A DNA stretch of 64,000 nt from Podarcis vaucheri (taxonomy: Eukaryota): NCBI GenBank assembly GCA_965113315.1, contig OZ220377.1; one strand, given 5' to 3'. This document shows, piece after piece, positions 52,501 through 64,000 of the stretch; position 1 is the first letter of the stretch; every line of letters begins with the position of its first letter. A program made the position numbers and the translations under genes. The notes under the pieces were generated by a model, which saw only the letters and a program-made list of their open reading frames with translations, was not told the origin of the DNA and did not search any database.

Positions 52501-52566
52501 GAGATGCTATTGAAAAGAGCAGCTGACCTAGTTGAAGCACTGTATGGAACGCCACACAATAATCAG
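52501..52566 (+). CDS. EBF2: EBF2 exon 12, duplicated helix 2 (H2d): [22 protein letters not shown]
   Basis: Acceptor ttctttcttccttgcAG, donor GTTTGA; 66-nt symmetric phase 0-0 exon. Confidence 0.96.
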
Positions 52567-52953
52567 GTTTGAACACACACCCCTTTCTCTACCCACTTCT
52601 CTCTCTGCAGACATTCATTGAATGGGGGGGGAGAGACATCAGGATTGAGCTAGCTGCCCTTTCTCTACATCTCTGCACATTTGTCTGAACAAAACCAATG
52701 AGCTCCTGCTGCAGAATCGAGGCCCTGCAAGGTCCCAGTTGCACATGCACAGATTATATTTATTTCTAATTGCACATGAAATTGCATGCACATCTTCAGA
52801 TTTTTTTAGATCAAGTCAGCAACCTTTTTCAGCTGCATTCTCTTTGGGGCAATTTGTTGGGAGTCACATACCAGCATTGTGTGGGGCTGGAGTCAAAAAT
52901 GAGTCTTTCACTCATTTTTCTGATGCTCTCTTTATGCCAGCCCTTCTGTCTTC

Positions 52954-52955
<2 letters not shown>

Positions 52956-53000
<45 letters not shown>

Positions 53001-53010
53001 CCTCCCTCCC
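52956..53010. repeat. (CT)n/(CCCT)n microsatellite
   Basis: Seen directly. Confidence 0.95.
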
Positions 53011-53101
53011 CATAGCTGTCAACCTTTCCCTTTTCTTGTGAGGAATCCTATTCGGAATAAGGGGATTTCCCCTTTAAAAAAGGGAAATGTTGACAGCTAT
53101 G
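53011..53101. mobile_element. 91-bp mini MITE with 24-bp TIRs
   Basis: CATAGCTGTCAACCTTTCCCTTTT ... AAAAGGGAAATGTTGACAGCTATG (1 mismatch). Confidence 0.85.
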
Positions 53102-54503
53102 CGCTCGTGCGCTCTCTCTCTCGCTCTCTCTCTGATTTATCCATCCATACATGACAAGAACCAAGGGCTGCATGAAAATGGACTGAGGGCCACATGGAGC
53201 CCTGGAGATGCAAATTGTCCACCTGTGTTTTCAAATAAATATGTGAAGGTTTTGAGCAGGGACAACAGGCCTGACCCTAATTTTTAGGGGTGTGCATCAG
53301 ATTCAAATGAATCCCAAATCTCAACCTGAGGTTGCTGCCTCAGAGGGATTTAGGATTTGTCAGAGGCAAAGCAGGACCTGTACAAGGTGTCATATGTCAA
53401 AGTGCGGACCCATGAAGCACTTTGTGGTGCCAGTGCATTCCAGACATTAAAAAAGGTCGTGCAAACAAGTGTCGGCTAAAAACAAAAATAATGTCTCTAA
53501 GCTGGAATAACACCAGGGGAAGCAAGAGCAAAGACTGGGGTGGAAAGAGCTTGTAGGAAGAGCTCCATTGCGACTGATTCATCAAGCTTGTAATCAGAGG
53601 GACTGAATCCCTTTTTGTTCTCTCACCTCCACTGCCCCACCAAATCAACTTTAAAGGTATCTAGCACAAAAAACACTTTGTCCGGTTTGGCAGGTTTTTA
53701 CTCCAGGACACCTCACTCATGTCTGCAGTTTTCAGACCAGTTGCCCACAAAACACTAGGGGAGAATAAGTGATTGCTTTTTACAAACCCGAAAACTGTAA
53801 CGGTTGCCCTTATGTGAAAACTGTTCTGATCATCCTTCTGAAATTTGGCAGGATTCATGCCTTCTGCCTCCAAATTAAGATGTTATAGACATTTCCTTTT
53901 TTAAAAAAAAAATCAAATTTAAAGGCATCCAGCACAAAAGCCTCTGGAAATATTTGCCTATAATATGACAGGCTTTAACTACTTCAGAGGGCTGCAAATG
54001 ACATCCACTCTTGTGAAAAGAGGTCTTTCCAATAGTGAATAAGAATGAGGAGAACCCTTAGCTGAGCTGGGCTGTCTGCTTAAGAACATAAGAACAGGAC
54101 GTTTTTTCAGGCGGAACTCGCTGGGCCTCAGTTCCAGCAGCTTTCAGATGGGCGCCATTGTCATTCTAAGAGAAGGAGGGAGGTGTTCATGGTGAGTTCC
54201 GGTGCCTCTTTTTCTAGAAACATGGCATTGCATGAAGAGGGCCATGCTGTATCAGAGTAAAGACCTGTGGAGACCCCATTAGCACATACATGAAACTAGG
54301 TTTCTTTGTTTGGTTGCTTCAGTGTTCATCAGTTTATGCTTCATCAGGCAGGATGTTTTCTGAAGTGCAGAACTGGGGTCCGAATTGAAATGCTGCCATC
54401 CTTTGAAATCTGCACTTCTCCAAATTTTGCAGCGCAGTTTTCCAGTCAAGCAATGTGTGCAAAAATGCAAATACCAGAGCAAAGGGTGCATAGAATGCAT
54501 ATA

Positions 54504-54755
54504 CAATGGTATCTCAGTTTTCGAACGTAATCCATTCTGGAAGACCGTTCGAGTTCTGAAATGTTCTAAAACTGAGGTGGGAAAGGCGGTCTGCAAATTT
54601 AATAGAGAAAACTGAGAAAAATAACATATACACTCAGTGGAAGCCATTCAACTTCCAAGGAGCGTTCGAAAACGGAAGCATTTACTTCCAGGTTTATGGC
54701 GTTTGGAAACTGAAACATTCATCAATGGAAACATTCGAAAACCGAGGTACCACTG
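54504..54755. mobile_element. Tigger-like MITE nested in the AT-rich hAT-like MITE
   Basis: TA-CAATGGTATCTCAG...CCGAGGTACCACTG-TA; the host element continues on both sides. Confidence 0.85.
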
Positions 54756-54899
54756 TATTGGTGAAAATAACATATAAAATGAATTATATTGGGATAAATT
54801 GCTTTGCAAAAATCTGCATATTGGGGAAAAGTAGATACAAAAATTAGAAACTGGGAGAAACTGAAACTGACAGATTTGTCCATTCTTTATTGCACGCAG

Positions 54900-55074
54900 G
54901 ACATTATTCTGAAGCGAGCTGCTGATATCGCAGAAGCTCTCTACAGTGTCCCCAGGAATCCAGGCCAGATCCCTTTGTCCAGCTCTCCAGCTCACAGTAG
55001 CATGATGGGCATCAACTCCTACAGTAGCCAGTTGGGAGTCAGCATCTCAGAATCAACACAAGGAAACAATCAAG
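54900..55074 (+). CDS. EBF2: EBF2 exon 13, helix 2 (H2a) and start of the Ser-rich region: [58 protein letters not shown]
   Basis: Acceptor ttgcacgcAG, donor GTAAGG, 175 nt; contained in ORF 54804..55172. Confidence 0.96.
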
Positions 55075-56205
55075 GTAAGGATCCCAATATTAGAAATATG
55101 GAAATGCTGTTTAGCTGTTTTTACCCTAGTTTTATTTACATAATTAGCACATTGCACTTATCAAATGATTGAAGGAGCCTTCTGTTTTAAAAAACTATAA
55201 ATTACACAGTAAAAATATACAATCTAATAAATACATCATTAAGTCTTCATACACACACACACACATATGCATCTTACATATTATTTACTTGGTCACTGCC
55301 ATAAATTATTAATAAATATGAAATATTATTTAAGTGTTAAATTATAACCCAATCTTTATTCCAATCAAGAGAGACTACTTTTGCATTCTGTTCTGTTTTT
55401 TCTTCCTCTAGAAACAAATAATCTATTCCTTTTTCTGAGATTTATTTATTTTTAAACATAATGGATTCCAACTCCTTATTTCTTATGCTACACTAGCCAG
55501 TGACATACTTTGCCCTGTGAATGCACTGACTTGCCCTGGTCCAGTTGATCTATGGTGTTTAGGGGGTTGAATCCTGTGCACCTCTTTGATTCACTGATTA
55601 TATTGTTCCTGGCTCCCCTCCCTCTTCGATCACATGGGTACTAGTCTTCCGAGAAAGCTGGCTTTCCATTTCTATGATTTGGAATTGTTTGCTCTCATGA
55701 TTGGCTTCATCCACAGGAATGCAAGGAGGAATTTTTAGCCTTCCACCCATACTCGGCCTTCTCATTCTGGCTAGCCAGGGGTGGTTTGTGCATGTTAAGT
55801 ACGGTAACTTAGGAAGCTGCCTTGTTTCAGATTATTTGTCTATTTAACCTAGAATTGTCTACTCTGGATGCAGCTCTTTAAAGTCACAAGCATAGACATT
55901 TTTTCAACCCCTACTAAATTATATTTGTGACTGGGGATGCCAGAGAATAAATCTGGAACTCCTATGTGGAAATTCCAGTGAGCTCTGGTCAATGCAGGTA
56001 CATTGCTGTATATACACAATACCATCCTGTGGGCTCAAAAGATTCAAAGCTGGTGGGTGCCCTTCCACATTCATTTCTGATCCTTGTTTCGAATGTCTTT
56101 AGGCAAGGCAATCATTGCCTCCAATCTTCAGCTACTCTTTTATTTGATTGGGTCTCTGTTTTATTCTTCCTGCCCTATCAGCACATTGATTATAGCTCTG
56201 GTTAG

Positions 56206-56535
56206 TTAAAGGTAAAGGGTAAAGGGACCCCTGACCATTAGGTCCAGTCGTGGCCGACTCTGGGGTTGCGGAGCTCATCTCGCTTTATTGGCCGAGGGAG
56301 CCGGCGTACAGCTTCTGGGTCATGTGGCCAGCAGGACTAAGCCGCTTCTGGCAAACCAGAGCAGCGCACGGAAACGCCGTTTACCTTCCTGCCGGAGTGG
56401 TACCTCTTCATCTACTTGCACTTTGACGTGCTTTCAAACTGCTAGGTTGGCAGGAGCTGGGACTGAGCAATGGGAGCTCACCCCATCGCGGGGATTCGAA
56501 CCGCCGACCTTCTGATCGGCAAGTCCTAGGCTCTG
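56206..56535 (-). mobile_element. 5'-truncated Sauria SINE (Squam1)
   Basis: (AAAGGT)n at the left, gggattcgaacc B-box at the right; possible TSD gctctg(g)ttag. Confidence 0.92.
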
Positions 56536-56795
56536 TTAGCCCTGCCCAAAACAGACTCCAGGCAAGGGAGCAAGAAGCTGACAGGGAAGCTCAAAAAAAG
56601 ACAGGTCAAAAGCCTGCAAAGCACCCAAGGCTGGAGGAAGACTACAGTTCGGTGATGGAGAACCTCAGGCCCTGGCCTCACAACCCCCTCAAGTGCTTTG
56701 ACAAGCTTTGTGCCCTTGAACTCTGATAATGCTTCTTGCTTGCCTGGATGGAGATAATACATGTGAAAACATTTGTGTGACTTGAATGTAGCCTA

Positions 56796-57433
56796 TCTCT
56801 GCTGCCTTGAGCCTTTGCTCATTCATGAGAGAGGTTTCAGGAGTAAACCCCGAGGAACAATCTGTACCCGCTGCCTTGTGGGACATCTTTGGGAGAACAA
56901 AACCCTACACAAATCCCTACGACAGTTGGATGGCGCCATGTACACCTCCTTCCGGCAACCCCTGCAGCCAAGCTGGTGCCAAATGTATTGATCTGCTTTC
57001 CTTGGGACCACATCAGCAAAGTTGAGAGGGAGGTCTTGTAATCTGGACAGTCCAGGCCTTGCGCCCTGAGGGGGTCACTTCAGTGCTGCAAACATGGCAA
57101 AAACAATGCAAGAGGAAGCAGTTCTAGTTATAAGCTCAACCTGTTCAGTGTAAGGTACCAGCACTATGGGTTGCCTTTGTTGGTGGGAGGGATCATTGTG
57201 TCTCACTGGCCAGCTTTAAGCTGGGCAGCCCCTGCTCAATAAAGTGCTGACTTGCCACTGTCTGCCTGCTTCAGTGGGGACTTGGAGCCCGGAGTATCAC
57301 TTGAGAAGCAGACTGAACTTCTGCACCAAGTAAAAAAAGAAAGAAAACTAACACTCTTGTGCCTAGCAAGCTGGAACACCAGGACTATGTAACCTGGCTT
57401 GCCCACCGACCTGTTGCAGGTCAATAACTCATG
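56796..57433 (+). mobile_element. RTE-clade LINE 5'UTR plus start of ORF, flanked by a 12-bp direct repeat
   Basis: Ends in ...KKRKLTLLCLASWNTRTM.PGLPTDLLQVNN (APE N-terminal 'WNVRT' motif). gaatgtagccta at 56784-56795 and 57434-57445. Confidence 0.65.
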
Positions 57434-58664
57434 GAATGTAGCCTAATGTAGAAAGGTAAAAATCACACCTGCTCTTCCACTTGCTTTTTGGCTCTGGCCC
57501 TACCCTACTCATCACTGGCATGAAGGCATGAAGGCCCCAGAAGATTGTCCACAGGGGACTGCAGTTCCCCACCCCTGTGGTGTGTACATGTGCCCCACTT
57601 CCACCACTTCAACCTCTTCCAACAGGTTTATGAGCCACCATTCATTTTAAAAATTAAGCAAATGAGTTCCAAATGAAAATCCATTCAACTCTCTTTTTGT
57701 GTAAATTGGAGCCCTGCTGGAATAATCTTTACAGGTCACAAAGAGGTTACCAGGAGGGGAAGGAGAGTGAAAGTTGGCCTGCCTTTATAAATCACTTATA
57801 AAATTGGGAACCTTTGTCCTTTCTGTCTGAAATGATCCTTTGGAGGAGGAAATTGATGTCTTAAAATCTCATAGCAAAGAACAGAAAACAGACATTGCAA
57901 GCATGCAGAGATCAGCAGGATCTTCCATTGACAGCAAGGTTTATAAGATGTTCATATTTTTAGTAGCAACTGAAACTCTGGTGCTTTGCCCAAATCATTT
58001 GATATCTGGCAGATCTGATACCTTTACAGAATATGCCTGAAAACGTCAGACCTATAGGGTGGAAAACAACAAAGGTGCCAAAAGTAGATGATTGTCTGGG
58101 TCTCTCATTGAAACCAATTGCAATAAAAAAGAAATGGGAGTGGCGGAAACTAATGAATGTGTTGAAATTGGCAATGCCATGAATGCTACATTAATGAATG
58201 AATAACAAAATGAATTCAACTTTTAATAATGAAAGTGAAAGGACTAACAAAACTAAAAACATAAACATCCTGTAACAGCTTTTGCAGGATTTTTTATCCA
58301 TTCAGAAACCTACCAAACCTGTTTAGCCAGAAAGCCACAGTGCGGTAAAAAAGGTTTGTACGTTAGGAGAAGTGGTACCTTAGAAATGAATATAAAATAT
58401 AAAATTTATATATATATATATATTTTAAATGACATAGCAGTACTTAGAAAATAGGGAGCCACTGGCTTAGAGGAACAGTAGCCAATGTGAATATTGTTGT
58501 GCTTCAGCTCTCGCCATTCTTGACCACTAGTCATCTTGGCTTTGAATGATCGGTATTATAATCCAGTGGTGTCTGCAGGACACTGCACCAGTGACCACTT
58601 ATCTAAGCCATCATTATTACTCCATAAGCATCTGTTGTGTGAAAACATTGCAAAACCTGTTTTT

Positions 58665-58700
58665 AAACAAACAAACAAACAAACAAACAAACAAACAAAC
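58665..58700. repeat. (AAAC)n microsatellite
   Basis: Seen directly. Confidence 0.97.
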
Positions 58701-61133
58701 GCCCTCTGCAGTGGAGAAGCACCCCCTGAATCACTTGAAATCCTTGAGAAGATGCAGCCTTGACCACAGTTTGCAGCAAATCCCATGTTAATGTTCTGAA
58801 CATTAAAAACATAAGTGCACTAATTTTTTCCAGATCCAGAAACACCCTTTCACATTCTTTCAACAATCAGATGTGATCAGCAAATGTACACATGTTGTCA
58901 AACAAAGGCGTGCTCTCCTCAGCCAGAGAAACATGCTTAAGGGGTGAGAAATGGAAAGAAATCATGCACAGTGATCCTTGAGTCTGCAGGCAGCTCTTCG
59001 TCTGGCACTCTGGAGTTGGGGTTTGTGCCAGCATTAGCACACTCACTAGTGATGTGCCCTGTAAGAGCAGGCCTTTATTCTAACCAAATCCTGAGCAGGG
59101 ATTTGGTGGTGGTGTGTGTGTAATTTGATTTAGTTCCCATTTAAAGATGAACTTGCCTAATTTTCACTTTCTGAAACAATGCACAGACCAAATCACAGCT
59201 AACCGCCACAATTTACATTTCTCCAAATTTCGCAATGAATTTCTCCAGCCAAGTAATATGTACATATGGATACTTTATGAGTTGAAACAGCATATAAAAT
59301 AGCATTATAAAGGAAATTGCTTGCAAAAATATTAGTCAAAACTGCATACAAAAATGTGTTTATTGGGATAAGTTAGCACTAAAAAGCTCATGGGTTTTTT
59401 TTTAAAAAAAGAGAAAAGATTACTGCAAAATAATAAAAATAAAAGAACTGCTTAGCTTCAGTAAGCCTTTAGATCAGAGGTAGGGAATCTGTTTTAGACC
59501 AAGAACCACATTTCCACACAAACAGACTCTTGGGCCAATGCTAGGGATGGATAGGGCTAGAGGTAAAAGTGGATGAAACAACAGGTGCGCAACTCTTGTA
59601 TCTGTACAGTAGGTTACACTCCAGCCACACAAAAGTCAGAGGTTTCTACAGATGCACAAATTTCTCCATCCTCCATCCTGTAAAGGAAGTATCACAGTTG
59701 AAGGACACATAATCAGAGGGCAGGGCTCTCTATTTCTGAAGTGCACTGCCACCTAGGTCTCTTCCATCTGCAGAATGCCAATATCATTCTTTTCCCCAGT
59801 TTATGGGGGGGGGGGACTGACATTCTGACTTGCTGAAAAGGTCCTCAGGGTATTAACCTACATTTTATATGTGCAAACCTATTCACCAGTGTAGCCCAAA
59901 CCTGGGCAGATCAGGGAGACACCAGCAGACCTGGAGGCAATCCTGGTACAAGGGATTGTGTTGCCTGAGGCACTGTCACCCCCATTGTCTTCTTTGTGGC
60001 AGCACCACTACCACCATTCTTATCTTCTCTCCTGCCCCAGCCCCATTGCTCTCTCCCTTTCCACCTTTGGCCCCCTCTCTTTCTTTCTATTTAAAAAACT
60101 ATAGCCCCACTACATTTACAGTGTCAGTGCTGACAGCTTCTCTGCCACCACCCCCCCACCTCATTATACCTTACTCTAATAAATGGTTGAGGGGGTCCTT
60201 CTTCAGAGCCAGAAGATGACAAGCACCAGTTTAAGCAGCATTTCTAGACACTGTGGCATACCACCACAGTAGCAGAGGCATTCTTCTGGCCATCTTGCCC
60301 AGAATGCCTGGCTCTGAAGAAGGACTCCTTCAGCCTTTTCTCAGGTTGAGGCAGGGAAGAAGAGATGGAGACAGCCGGGGGGGTGTCAAAATGCTGATGA
60401 GAACTTGACTTTTTTTCCTAAACTGATATGGAAATGTGGAGAAGTGAATTTAAGAATGGGGGCGGGACTGAGAAACTGAGATCAGCAGATTTGTCAACCT
60501 ACCCCAACGAACCATTGAAACGGATGGGCCTCAATTAGTCATTTTTATTATTTCATTTGGTCCGCTCTGAGTATGACCAGCGTTGCATACAACAGAGTGT
60601 GCCTGACAATGATCCTGTGCATGAAGTAACGTAATTCTCAGGGCGCTGGGCAGGGGGCGGCTGCACCCACTGTGGTCTTTATTGCCTTCTCCTCCCCCTT
60701 GATGAAAAGCCACTAGCTGATGACAGCATGCTATCATCCAATGGATTCACATCCAGGACCATGGCTGGGCTACTCTGAGCGTCACATGGTGGCAACATTT
60801 GGTGAAGGGGGCTGTTATAAGAAAAAAGATGGAGGAAAAAGAGAGAGGAACTGGGGGGTGGGTGGGATCACTACATGCACACTCTTGCCAAGGGAAGAAT
60901 CCTCAGCCATTAAAGGTAGGATTTTTAAAATGGCGAAATTCTCTCTCCCACCCTCCCCAGATGACTCCAGTGCCCTCTGAACCACTGAGATTCATCTAGG
61001 GCCAGGACTAGTTTCCTCATCTATGGTAACATTTGTTCCAATGAAATCCAAATTAGTGTAGAAATGCACGGCTGAGAGAGATCATCCTGCTGTCCTCATC
61101 TCTGGGCACTCAGAGAATGTTTATTTCTTGTAG

Positions 61134-61319
61134 GTTACATCCGCAACACAAGCAGCATCTCCCCCCGAGGTTACTCTTCCAGCTCGACCCCTCAGCAGTC
61201 TAATTACAGCACCTCCAGTAACAGCATGAACGGCTACAGCAACGTCCCCATGTCGAACCTGGGTGTTCCTGGCTCGCCTGGATTCATTAATGGCTCTCCC
61301 ACAGGATCTCCCTATGGCT
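61134..61319 (+). CDS. EBF2: EBF2 exon 14, Ser/Pro-rich transactivation region: (G)[61 protein letters not shown]
   Basis: Acceptor tttatttcttgtAG, donor GTGAGT, 186 nt; matches the EBF2 C-terminal region as recalled from mammalian EBF2. Confidence 0.96.
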
Positions 61320-62267
61320 GTGAGTAGTTGTCCCTTCTCTTCCTTTCAGCTGACCTTTGGTTTGACTTAAGCCAAGAGGCAATCTGCCAGAAAATACTTC
61401 TCTCCCCTCTGCCGCCAGCTTTCTGGGGCAGTGCACCAGAAGATTCCCCAACTCTACAACGGGAAATTGAATGCAAAGCTGCTGCAGAAGGAGCCTGCCA
61501 GGGTGCACCGCTGCTTCTGCCTTCTTGCCTGAACCTGCCAGTTGTGTAGCGTAATGGCTAAATTGTGCAGACCACTCAGTGTCAGCATTTGCCATCCTTG
61601 AGAAGCTGTCAGGATCCCAGGACCTGGCAATGATGCCTTCCTAGGGGCCCCTTTTAACTGGTGCTCTGATCCAATGAACGCTAGGTGTGGGAGCTGATGT
61701 CTTAATTTTTGCAATACCCCTGAAATAGCATTGTGATGGGGCACTGTGGGAAATTTAATGGTAGCTCCATTGCTGTTGCAGCCTCTTTCTGTTTTTGACA
61801 CCACTAGGTAAATTAACAGAGGGGAAAGGGGTGAATTAATCTTGGATGGAGGGGCAGCAGAGGCTCCAGTTCTGGGCTGACCCAAACTCTTGCCTATGTC
61901 ATTAACTCACCAGATTGCCTTAGACAAGCCGCAGCCCTCCTAGACTCAGCCGGCCCTCTACAAAAAAAGGGTAATAACATTGGCCTGCTTTCCTGTTAAG
62001 GAAGTTTCCATTGTGTGCTTGTCTCCAGTGGGCTAAATAATTGACTGTTGAAGAGGGGGATTTTCTAGGTTGGAACACTGGCAGAAATGAAGGTGTTTGT
62101 TTTTTTAAAAAATTAAAAACAACAACCCTGTATACAATCCTGATTCAGATCAGGGTACCTGTAGTTTCTTTTTGCATTAAAACTAAGCATATAAATATCT
62201 GGCCCTAAGTCAGCAAATAGATGCACTGAATGTAAAAGGAGAAAACTGGAGGGCAATTTTCACATTA

Positions 62268-62566
62268 TGGCTCCATCTGCACTACACATTTAACACAGCA
62301 TCCTAGCACTTTAAGCAGATGTCGCCTCCCCCAAAGAATCCTGGGAAGTGTAGTTTGTTAAGGGTGCTGAGAGTTGGTAGGAGACCTCCTATTCCTCTCA
62401 CGGAGCTACAGTTCCCAGAGTTCCCTGAGGAAAGGGATTGACTGTTAATCATCTCTAGGAATTGTAGCTCTGTGAGGGGTCTCAGGTCTTAGGATTCTTT
62501 GGGGGAAGGCACAACTATTTAAAATGAAATGAATCTGCTTTAAATGTATAGTGCATATGATGCCTA
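62268..62566. mobile_element. PIF/Harbinger-like palindromic MITE
   Basis: ggctccatctgcactacacatttaa ... ttaaatgtatagtgcatatgatgcc termini; internal cccccaaagaatcct/aggattctttggggg inverted pair. Confidence 0.7.
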
Positions 62567-63536
62567 TATTTGTGCTCAGGTTTCAATAGCCAAGCACAAG
62601 ATACTTTGTCAAATCTGAAGCATGGAGGCATGTGGAATAGTGAGGTTTTCACACATTTTCCTCAAAGAGAAGCATATGCTGTTATTTTGTATGTGGAAAC
62701 CTGCAGTCAGATATAAAATGTAAACTGAAAGCTGACTTATAGCCAAAGGCAAAACTTCATAAATATGGAGCTCTCCCTCTCCCTCCCCCCCCCCCCGCTC
62801 TCCCACACCACTCAAGAATATATAGCATTCTTCCTCAGCACCACGTTCTTTCTCTCTGCAAAGCATTTTTTGCTATTGGCCCACTGTGGCTATGGTACTT
62901 GCTAGAGTGATCATGGCATGTTCCATCCTGCAGGCCTGGGTCAAACTACATGCTATGTTAAGTAGACATTTAAAATAGTGCGCTTAGGATTAGCCACTTT
63001 CTTTCTTTCTCTGAAAAAGAAGTCGTTGTGGGGTCCTGGCCCAGATCATGAATATGTTATACCGTGGGAGCACGTCCTGCATTGTTTTTCAAAAAGTCCC
63101 TGCCCAACTGCAGTTCATAATTTTGAATCAATGAAATACAAAAACAATCCACAGATCTAAAACAATTGATCAATAAAAAACAAACATCATCACAAAATTA
63201 ACAGAAAGTCATGCAAACTATAAAGAAGTGTAGAACCAATAAATGGCACTTTTAAACTCAGTTTTATCACTTCCAAGAATTAAAAACAGGTAGGAAATAA
63301 AACACCTGGGAGAAAAGAAAAGCCTGGCACGGAGAAACATTTAACAAGAAATTACTAACCTGTGTTCCAGGTGAGCATCTCTGGGGAGAGCATTCCATAA
63401 CCATGGTGCCACCACTGAAAAGGCCCTCTGCTTACTAATCCTGTGCTTCTTTGGATGCATGGTTAGGATATATAGTAGTCACCTACTGTACCTCATTAGG
63501 GGGCAGAATCTGGAGGAGGGTCTCTGCTGATGATCT

Positions 63537-63671
63537 CAAGGTGCTCAACCTTGGGTCCCCAGATGTTGTTGAACTACAACTCCCATCACCCCTAGCTAGC
63601 AAGGCCAGCGCTCAGGGATGATGGGAGTTGTAGTCCAACAACATCTGGGGACCCAAGGTTGAAAAAGGCTG
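63537..63671. mobile_element. Palindromic hAT(Charlie)-like MITE. Older copies at ~245-345, 1177-1290, 1372-1460, 2660-2745, 4720-4858, 7185-7320, 8395-8530, 12940-13045, 38505-38695, 40885-40990, 51500-51630
   Basis: caaccttgggtccccagatgttgttgaactacaactcccatca...tgatgggagttgtagtccaacaacatctggggacccaaggttg is a near-perfect hairpin; the same motifs recur through the window. Confidence 0.85.
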
Positions 63672-63869
63672 TTAACAGGTACCAGTATATATTGGAAGAT
63701 GTGATATAATATAGGGGTCCCTAAGTCGGTTCAATGGCATCTTGTATGCCTCTTTCTGGCAGCTCCTGCAGCTCAGCTGGTGCAAAACGTGTTTTCTGGA
63801 CAGCCCAGGACCAATGTGGCAGGCAGCAGTCATGTGTTACTAGTCTCTGCAGCCACAGCAAGTGCTATG

Positions 63870-64000
63870 ATTCTCCAGTGGTTTAACTTCTTATGAAATG
63901 ATTTTAGAATGTTGTATTATTTTATTGTTGCTAGCTGCCCTGAGCCCGGCTTCGGCTGGGGAGGGTGGGATATAAATAAATTATTATTATTATTATTATT
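63870..64000 (+). mobile_element. L2-type 3' end with (ATT)n tail
   Basis: gctgccctgagcccggcttcggctgggagggtgggatataaataaa(tta)n. Confidence 0.65.

Noticed and set aside
63537-63671. pre-miRNA-like hairpin
   Set aside because: Explained by a high-copy palindromic MITE present more than ten times in the window.

Overview
This is vertebrate genomic DNA from a squamate reptile, probably a lacertid lizard judging by the Sauria/Squam SINEs, BovB and the MITE complement. The window lies entirely inside one gene on the + strand, EBF2 (COE2, early B-cell factor 2). Eight internal coding exons can be read with canonical AG/GT sites and matching phases: 82, 118, 131, 127, 89, 66, 175 and 186 nt, equivalent to mammalian exons 7-14. 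They encode the end of the DNA-binding domain, the IPT/TIG domain, the atypical HLH with its duplicated helix 2, and the start of the Ser/Pro-rich activation region. The start and stop exons are outside the window. The introns are packed with CR1, L2, L1, RTE/BovB, SINEs, hAT/Tc1/Harbinger MITEs, a solo LTR and microsatellites. Almost all other ORFs in the six-frame track are spurious. Highlights: (1) a ~390-bp, ~80%-identical, nearly gapless inverted repeat of unrecognised origin brackets the frameshifting 82-nt exon 7; (2) a MITE ends ~12 nt before the exon-13 acceptor and appears to supply its branch point; (3) a decayed copy of the EBF1/EBF3 alternative exon-8 extension; (4) a complete solo LTR with a full promoter kit in sense orientation; (5) two atypical LINE insertions. 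No prokaryote-type system is present, and no novel system is proven. The findings are testable leads.
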